IMG/VR virus record: IMGVR_UViG_3300030116_005269
Span: 1-64,000 of that record
DNA from: an uncultured virus (IMG/VR IMGVR_UViG_3300030116_005269)
Taxonomy: Duplodnaviria; Heunggongvirae; Uroviricota; Caudoviricetes
Reading direction: 5' to 3' (one strand)
DNA length: 64,000 bases
Shown here one piece after another: positions 58,517 to 64,000 of this stretch (positions within the stretch are counted from its first letter, which is position 1; every line of letters begins with the position of its first letter). Under the pieces are notes generated by a model, which made no database searches, had not been told where the DNA came from, and saw only the letters and a program-made list of their open reading frames with translations. Made by a program: the position numbers and the translations under genes.

Positions 58517-59570
58517 TACTTTCCCAACTCATTTCAGGATTTGAATAATGTGATAATTCTATTTGTGAATAGTCTTGATTGTATAAATCTAATCTTTCAA
58601 TAATACCTCTTGGTGTCATATCAAATTTGCTAACAAAATCCTCTAATACTTTTTGACTCACATGAAGTTGATCAAACCCACCTACCTGTATTTCAAGTGG
58701 TTTATCTAAGCCAATACCATAAGCTAATCGAACATAGCATTTATCAGCCAAACCATTGGCTACTACATTTTTAGCTAAGTGTCGTGCAGCATAAGCACCT
58801 GATCGGTCAACTTTACTAGGGTCTTTTCCTGAGTATGCGCCTCCGCCTACGGCTACGCTTGGACCATAGGCGTCAGCGACAATCTTGCGACCTGTCAAAC
58901 CGGTATCGGCTGACGGTCCGCCTTTCGTGAATGAGCCACTTGGATTAAGATATAAAACATTTAAGTTAGTTTGCAATGTGTTTTCTACTATGGTGTGTAT
59001 TAAAGAATATATAGACTCTTTATCCCATTGCTTATCATGTTGCACCGAAACAATAACTTGGTAAGTGTTTCCAAGATTAGTCACTTGTACTTTTCCGTCT
59101 AGATCAAGATCATCTCTATATTTTTGTAAAGCATATACTTGTTCAGCAATCTTTAGAGTTTTGTAAAAATTATTAGGTAAATATAAATCATTTGTATTTT
59201 CTGCATACCCAATCATTATTCCCTGATCTCCTGCACCAAAATCTTTTTTGCTAACAACCGCTTTATTTATCTCGTTTGATTGTTTTGTAATTACATTTTG
59301 TATTTCTGCTTTTTTTACATCAAACTCGTCATTGTTTGTTTTTATATATTTAGATAAAACTTCTCTTACAGTAGATACAACTTTTGATGGCATCATTGAC
59401 ATTTCACCACCAACTACTACAAGCCCTTTATCTTTAGTTCCGGTTATAAAAGTTTCTACGGCTACTTTTGTTTCTTTGTTTTCTTTTAACGCAATGTTGA
59501 GTAAAGCGTCGCTAATTTTATCGGCGATCTTATCGGGGTGTCCCGGAGTCACCATTTCATCAGTCATCAT
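58503..59570 (-). CDS. metK: S-adenosylmethionine synthetase
   Basis: GHPDK, GAGDQG, DTGLTGRKI, GGGAYSGKDPSKVDRS. Confidence 0.95.
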   Translation of the reverse strand: MMTDEMVTPGHPDKIADKISDALLNIALKENKETKVAVETFITGTKDKGLVVVGGEMSMMPSKVVSTVREVLSKYIKTNNDEFDVKKAEIQNVITKQSNEINKAVVSKKDFGAGDQGIMIGYAENTNDLYLPNNFYKTLKIAEQVYALQKYRDDLDLDGKVQVTNLGNTYQVIVSVQHDKQWDKESIYSLIHTIVENTLQTNLNVLYLNPSGSFTKGGPSADTGLTGRKIVADAYGPSVAVGGGAYSGKDPSKVDRSGAYAARHLAKNVVANGLADKCYVRLAYGIGLDKPLEIQVGGFDQLHVSQKVLEDFVSKFDMTPRGIIERLDLYNQDYSQIELSHYSNPEMSWESIETR

Positions 59571-60297
59571 ATTCAATTCGCTCCTTTGCAATATGAAAAT
59601 ATTTCAATTCTTTTTCGATACCTATAAATTTCCTACCGGTATTGACACAAGCAACTCCCGTTGATCCTGATCCCATTGTGAAATCAAGTACCGTGTCCCC
59701 TTCAAGCGTATAGGTTTCTATAAGATATTCTAACAAAAGTACAGGTTTTTGTGTTGGGTGATAAGATTTTTGATTTTTCTTTTGATTATCCCTAGCAAAA
59801 TAAAGCATATTTGTTTTAGTTTTGTGTGTGTAAGTCACATATTTGCGATTACCTTTATTGTCTAAGTTATTTCTAGCTGTTGCAAAGCTTTCACCACCAG
59901 ATATAGTGCGTACCCTAGTTATAGGTTTTGGTAGTTTTTCACCCTGCCAATCATATTCGGGTTGATCTTTATAAAAAATAGATATGTTTTCATTTTTTCT
60001 TAATGGTTGTTTTTTACTAAAGGCTTGTCCTGTTCCTTTGTCTTTTTCCCATATCCAATCGTATCTATATTCGTCTATGTTGGATAATCGTAAAAAACTA
60101 CTAAAAGGCTCTAAACCAAATAAAGCTATTGGTGTATTGTCTTTTCTTATTCTTTTTAGTTGTTCCCACATTATTTCTTTAGGAACTTGATTATCCCAAT
60201 TATATTCTGTAGTCCCGTATGGAAGATCTGTTAAAACTAAATCAATAGATTCGTCATCAATTTGTTGCATTATCTCAATGCAGTCGCCTAGATACAA
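59560..60297 (-). CDS. N4/N6 DNA methyltransferase (beta class)
   Basis: TDLPYG, HPTQKP, LDFTMGSGSTG. Confidence 0.92.
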   Translation of the reverse strand: MYLGDCIEIMQQIDDESIDLVLTDLPYGTTEYNWDNQVPKEIMWEQLKRIRKDNTPIALFGLEPFSSFLRLSNIDEYRYDWIWEKDKGTGQAFSKKQPLRKNENISIFYKDQPEYDWQGEKLPKPITRVRTISGGESFATARNNLDNKGNRKYVTYTHKTKTNMLYFARDNQKKNQKSYHPTQKPVLLLEYLIETYTLEGDTVLDFTMGSGSTGVACVNTGRKFIGIEKELKYFHIAKERIEYDD

Positions 60298-60305
60298 TTT
60301 AGTAT

Positions 60306-60836
60306 CTATTTCACTAACCTTTCCATAATGATCTGTTTCGGCAGGAAATCTCTACAATAATAAGAACTAGAAAAAGTAGGACTTCCCATACCTTTACCGT
60401 CTTTTATGTATTCAATTCGCTTATCAAACATTAAAAGCTCTAAATCTATGTTCTCGAACAAATGTTTGGGTGCTGCGTCATTTAGCCAAGTGTTTGACAT
60501 AAGTAATGCAAAAGGTTTGTTAAAACTTAAAGCTCTTTCAAAAATTTGTCTTTTTCCGGTAAAAGGTGGATTAGATACAATAATATCCCACCTATCCGGC
60601 TCGTATTCATAAAAGTCTTGATCTTGCGATATGTGTGAACTAACAACTTCATTTTGCTGTCCTATAAGTTTTACAAACCAACTATGTGATAAATCAAAAG
60701 GACACCAAACTGTAGCGTCTTTTGGAATATATTTTAAAATTGGCCTTACACCATATTCCGGTGTGTAGCATTCGTCGTTCTTACCTTTAGAGTAGAGAAC
60801 TTTATTACTATCGATTCCCCAAGTGCTATTCGTCAA
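60306..60836 (-). CDS. N6-adenine methyltransferase (NPPF type)
   Basis: DECYTP, WCPFD, SNPPF. Probable TTG start at 60836. Confidence 0.8.
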   Translation of the reverse strand: MTNSTWGIDSNKVLYSKGKNDECYTPEYGVRPILKYIPKDATVWCPFDLSHSWFVKLIGQQNEVVSSHISQDQDFYEYEPDRWDIIVSNPPFTGKRQIFERALSFNKPFALLMSNTWLNDAAPKHLFENIDLELLMFDKRIEYIKDGKGMGSPTFSSSYYCRDFLPKQIIMERLVK

Positions 60837-61362
60837 AACTATAATTCCTACATTCAAATAATTCGATACCCGGCTTGTCTTTTTCAAAAATTACAAAAAT
60901 ACACGGAAACCCAAACCACTCCGGAACAAAGAAGTACGCTATACCGGTAAGGCCAAAGTTTGCTTCTTTCACCATTTGCATACGCTTTCTAGTTATATTG
61001 TGTCCTGCCATTATGTAAGCAAAGCCTTTTTGGGACACTTCAATCGATTTTTCAAAAACTCTATTTAATTTAGAAAATGGTGGATTTGAAACACACCAAT
61101 CAACTTCTTGATCATAAGTAAAAAAATTAGTTTCGTATGGTGGGCGGATCTCCGTAAAGTCTTTGTCAACAAAATCAGGGTAATTATCATACCAAACGCC
61201 TTTTCCATAAAAAGGGTCTAAAACTTTGTCGCCGGCGACAAAAGGTACACTATTGATACAATTTATTGCTAATTGCTTTGGCGTGTAAATAATATCATTT
61301 TTTCGTTCTTTAGAGCTTTGATAACTCTTGGCGACTACACCTCGTTCCCCCATACATCCCAT
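60826..61362 (-). CDS. N6-adenine methyltransferase (NPPF type)
   Basis: YTP, VLDPFYGKG, SNPPFS. Confidence 0.8.
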   Translation of the reverse strand: MGCMGERGVVAKSYQSSKERKNDIIYTPKQLAINCINSVPFVAGDKVLDPFYGKGVWYDNYPDFVDKDFTEIRPPYETNFFTYDQEVDWCVSNPPFSKLNRVFEKSIEVSQKGFAYIMAGHNITRKRMQMVKEANFGLTGIAYFFVPEWFGFPCIFVIFEKDKPGIELFECRNYSFDE

Positions 61363-61871
61363 CCTTCCGTTTTTTCTCGTGCGAACAATTCAATTCTAGG
61401 AAGATCACCACATAAGTCAACGATATGGGATTTAATAATATCGGGCTTTTTACTATGTCGTTCTCTTGGTGCAACTACTAATTCTCTTACACCTTTGGAA
61501 ACTCGACTAGGTTTTCCTTTTGTTGCTAATAAACACAATTCGGGATTACCGCGTGTCCAATAACCAAGCCCTGTAAAAAATCCCTCGCTTTTCATATTTT
61601 CCTTAGCCCAAACAAAACCCATTGTTTTATAAGTAAAACCCCAACTCTCGATAACTTCAAACGCTATTGGTAAAGAGTGATTCACTACCCATAGAAATAG
61701 AACACAATGAGTATCTGCAATATCGTTTACCTTTAATGATTTTATCCAATCAATACTTTGAGTTTCATAATGTTGGTTTGGATTTCGTCCCTCTCCCTTT
61801 TTGCTGAAGTTTTTAAAGCTCCATGGAGGATCGGCATAGATAATATTATATTTCTTATCGGGGAACTCCAT
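61335..61871 (-). CDS. MT-A70 family adenine methyltransferase
   Basis: IIYADPPW, LFLW, HSKKP, RIELFAR, WGNE. Confidence 0.93.
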   Translation of the reverse strand: MEFPDKKYNIIYADPPWSFKNFSKKGEGRNPNQHYETQSIDWIKSLKVNDIADTHCVLFLWVVNHSLPIAFEVIESWGFTYKTMGFVWAKENMKSEGFFTGLGYWTRGNPELCLLATKGKPSRVSKGVRELVVAPRERHSKKPDIIKSHIVDLCGDLPRIELFAREKTEGWDVWGNEV

Positions 61872-61921
61872 AAAATAAGTATAAATAAATTTGTTTATAA
61901 TTCAATTCATGCTACATTTAA

Positions 61922-62026
61922 TAATGTTCATTGAAGGACAGATCAGGCTTTCTAGCCTAGTCCTGTTTCCTTTCTATGTTCGATACTTAACATTAAGCCA
62001 GCTACCAAGATAGTTGGCTTTTTGTT
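61922..62026 (+). ncRNA. candidate small RNA (or 29-aa leaderless peptide)
   Basis: TGCTACATT promoter, 5-prime hairpin, UUUCCUUUC stretch, plus-strand terminator at 61995-62026. Confidence 0.4.
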
Positions 62027-62027
62027 T

Positions 62028-62678
62028 TTAGCTCGAATATTTTATTTGGAAAACTATTGGTTTGTCGTCATCCGACTTTTCGCTATGTTCTCGTTTAGAC
62101 CATTCTTTAGGATTTGATCGTTCAAGAAACCATGCACTAGCTTGCCATATACCATTTGAGGCAGCATCCGTGATTACAGCTAGGTGTGAGATCTCCCCAT
62201 CTACCTTTGCTTTTTTTATAGACTCCCAAAATTCCCATAATTCCAGATCTTCAACATTTTTTATGTTATCTGGATTACCAGAACACGCTTCATCTATCTT
62301 TGTTGCTTCTTGTTGCCAACGATAAAAGGTTGTAGAACTTATACCTGCAAAGGTTGCAGCCTTATTATTCGACAATCCAAGCTTTAGAGCCTTTACTAAG
62401 TCCGTAAGCGTTTCTGTGGTCAATTTACTAGGTCTCCCTACTTCGTGTCCTACAATCTCAACCTCGACGGCGTCGTGATCAACTATATCGGTTTCCGGAA
62501 GATCTACCTCTAGTTCATCAAATCCAATATCGTCGTCAATTACAACTTCGCTATCGGTTAGATCGGCCACTTCCTTACCGGAATAATCATTATCATTATT
62601 ATCATTATTAGATAATCCTTCTACAACATCTCGTCTTTGATCAGGATCTTTGAACATATCTCTTATGTCATTATTCAT
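62028..62678 (-). CDS. terminase small subunit-like protein
   Basis: GRPSKLT, HTH (GISSTTFYRW), WQASAWFLER. Confidence 0.7.
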   Translation of the reverse strand: MNNDIRDMFKDPDQRRDVVEGLSNNDNNDNDYSGKEVADLTDSEVVIDDDIGFDELEVDLPETDIVDHDAVEVEIVGHEVGRPSKLTTETLTDLVKALKLGLSNNKAATFAGISSTTFYRWQQEATKIDEACSGNPDNIKNVEDLELWEFWESIKKAKVDGEISHLAVITDAASNGIWQASAWFLERSNPKEWSKREHSEKSDDDKPIVFQIKYSS

Positions 62679-62835
62679 ATAGTTAATAATACATTTATAC
62701 TTGGATATTTAGTGCATATCTGCCGTTAGTCATAAAACCATTATTAATGTCGCGCGCTGCATAGAAAATTGGGGCAAAAAAATTTTTTTTGGTAAATATT
62801 GGGCTATATGAGGGGAATAATGGGGGCTAGTAAGG

Positions 62836-62930
62836 AAAAAATCACAAGCCGGCTCGATTGTGAAAGGGGTGGCTAGAGTTAAGGTAAAGGAGGCCAAACC
62901 CTCAACCCTAGCCAATATTGGTCGCAAGAT
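62836..62930 (-). ncRNA. candidate small RNA with an anti-SD loop
   Basis: TAGAAT -10; 15-bp stem with loop containing CCUCCUUU; terminator hairpin plus U6. Confidence 0.5.
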
Positions 62931-63285
62931 GATCCTATTCTACTAGCTAGTAAGTGGGGTTATGGTATAGAAAAGGGGGTGTGTCCATGTACCCCCTCTT
63001 CATAACTTCCGTGACTGAAAGTTGATTCAATTATAAGATCAAAAAGCAAAAACAACAACAACTAAAGCATTTTTTATATGCGCATTTGCCGTTGCACTCA
63101 ATTTTCATTAAAAATTCTCGAGGGGTTATTTTAGATCACTATCGATTTCGGTAGCGATTTTTTAATGTACCCCCCCTATACCATAGGGGCTACGCCAAAG
63201 AATAAAAAAAAATATTATTATAAATTTTGTTTTATTGCGTATATGTGATATGCTTTTAGCAAGTATCGTAATTTGAAAGGAAATT

Positions 63286-63558
63286 ATGAAAGTAAGCAAA
63301 GGTCGGGGGCGACCTAAAAAATACCCTAATAAATTTATTTGGGTAATAGCCCCAAATAATGTGCTAACTCTAAAAATGGTGCGTTGGAACTCTTTTCGTA
63401 AAGCGTTTGTCGAAGTTTCCATTTTAGAAAATGGGGCGACCTATTTTGGAAAGCAAAAGCCAAAAGGCGTTGTTGTCTTTGAAAGTGTTGAACAAGCATT
63501 AGCTAATCAACCACGAGTAGAAGTTAATACGGAATATGTGCAAGTGGTGGGGCTATGA
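63286..63558 (+). CDS. hypothetical protein (N-terminal GRGRPKK)
   Basis: ORF track; AAAGGA RBS. Confidence 0.6.
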   Translation: MKVSKGRGRPKKYPNKFIWVIAPNNVLTLKMVRWNSFRKAFVEVSILENGATYFGKQKPKGVVVFESVEQALANQPRVEVNTEYVQVVGL

Positions 63559-64000
63559 GTTCCACCACCCGCAAAGCTCATAAGAGTAATAAAAAGCTCA
63601 AAGCATATATTCCCGAGCTACGCCAACAATTCTACAATGTGGAACAATTCAAAGACCATAAACCACATATAGCAAATGAGGAATTTTTTAGAAATATGAA
63701 AAGTTCTAAAGTCCGTACTTTGTCTATGCAAAGGGTGGGGCTTATGGGTTGTGCTATTAAGGTGACATATTTTGGTTATATAAATGTTAAAGGGGAACAA
63801 ACAACCCCCGATAGCGTTTATATGTACGAAGTCCCTACTTTATCCGTTTGGGTTGATATTAGAAAAGCAATCTTGAACGGCTCTAGTATCGGGACAACAC
63901 TTGGGCGACACTTAACAAATATGAGAGAGATTGAAAGAAACGGGGAAATAATAAAAGAATATCCTTTTAAATATTCCAAGTTCAACAATGAAACTCAATC
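63555..64000 (+). CDS. KTSC-like domain protein (partial)
   Basis: Manual: open from an ATGA overlap to the window end; SSKV...VYMYEVP..VW...SIG. Confidence 0.45.
   Translation, partial: MSSTTRKAHKSNKKLKAYIPELRQQFYNVEQFKDHKPHIANEEFFRNMKSSKVRTLSMQRVGLMGCAIKVTYFGYINVKGEQTTPDSVYMYEVPTLSVWVDIRKAILNGSSIGTTLGRHLTNMREIERNGEIIKEYPFKYSKFNNETQ

Noticed and set aside
55833..63285. tRNA/tmRNA genes, an integrase, or a SAM riboswitch near metK
   Set aside because: No cloverleaf with a T-loop, recombinase motif or leader space was recognised; metK overlaps its upstream gene.
62730..63422. Minus-strand ORFs 62730-62927 and 63162-63422
   Set aside because: Neither has an RBS or motif. One overlies structured RNA-like elements and the other is antisense to a better plus-strand gene.
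1..64000. Stop-codon reassignment
   Set aside because: The standard code gives full-length, densely packed genes, and all three stops are used at gene ends.

Overview
The window is the virion, packaging and methylation half of an AT-rich tailed dsDNA phage with siphovirus-like morphogenesis genes (HK97-fold capsid, tape measure, tail tube). Almost all genes lie on the minus strand. Read from ~62.7 kb leftwards: terminase small subunit; a DNA-methylation island (four amino-MTases, SAM synthetase MetK and a C5-MTase with a second gene nested in another frame); an origin-like repeat; thioredoxin; terminase large subunit; an extended portal; prohead protease; major capsid protein; neck genes with an inserted WhiB; tail tube; frameshifted chaperone; tape measure; ~20 kb of tail/fibre genes; a cluster of modifying and redox enzymes (four 2OG-Fe(II) oxygenases, an FkbM-like MTase, dUTPase-fold-like paralogs, a ferredoxin, a mini CDGSH-like protein); lysis genes; a large secreted poly-Thr protein; and two Gnt1/GT60-like glycosyltransferases. 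WhiB, the ferredoxin type and leaderless promoters suggest a low-GC actinobacterial host (inference). There are three 10-N scaffold gaps (455-464, 24526-24535, 29342-29351). The most notable observations are a possible hydroxylation/O-glycosylation system, a protein insert whose repeat lengths mirror exactly around a His-rich tip, the nested two-chain C5-MTase, apparent avoidance of GTWAC and CCWGG, and candidate small RNAs with anti-Shine-Dalgarno-like sequences. All family assignments come from motif recognition by eye; no database searches were run.
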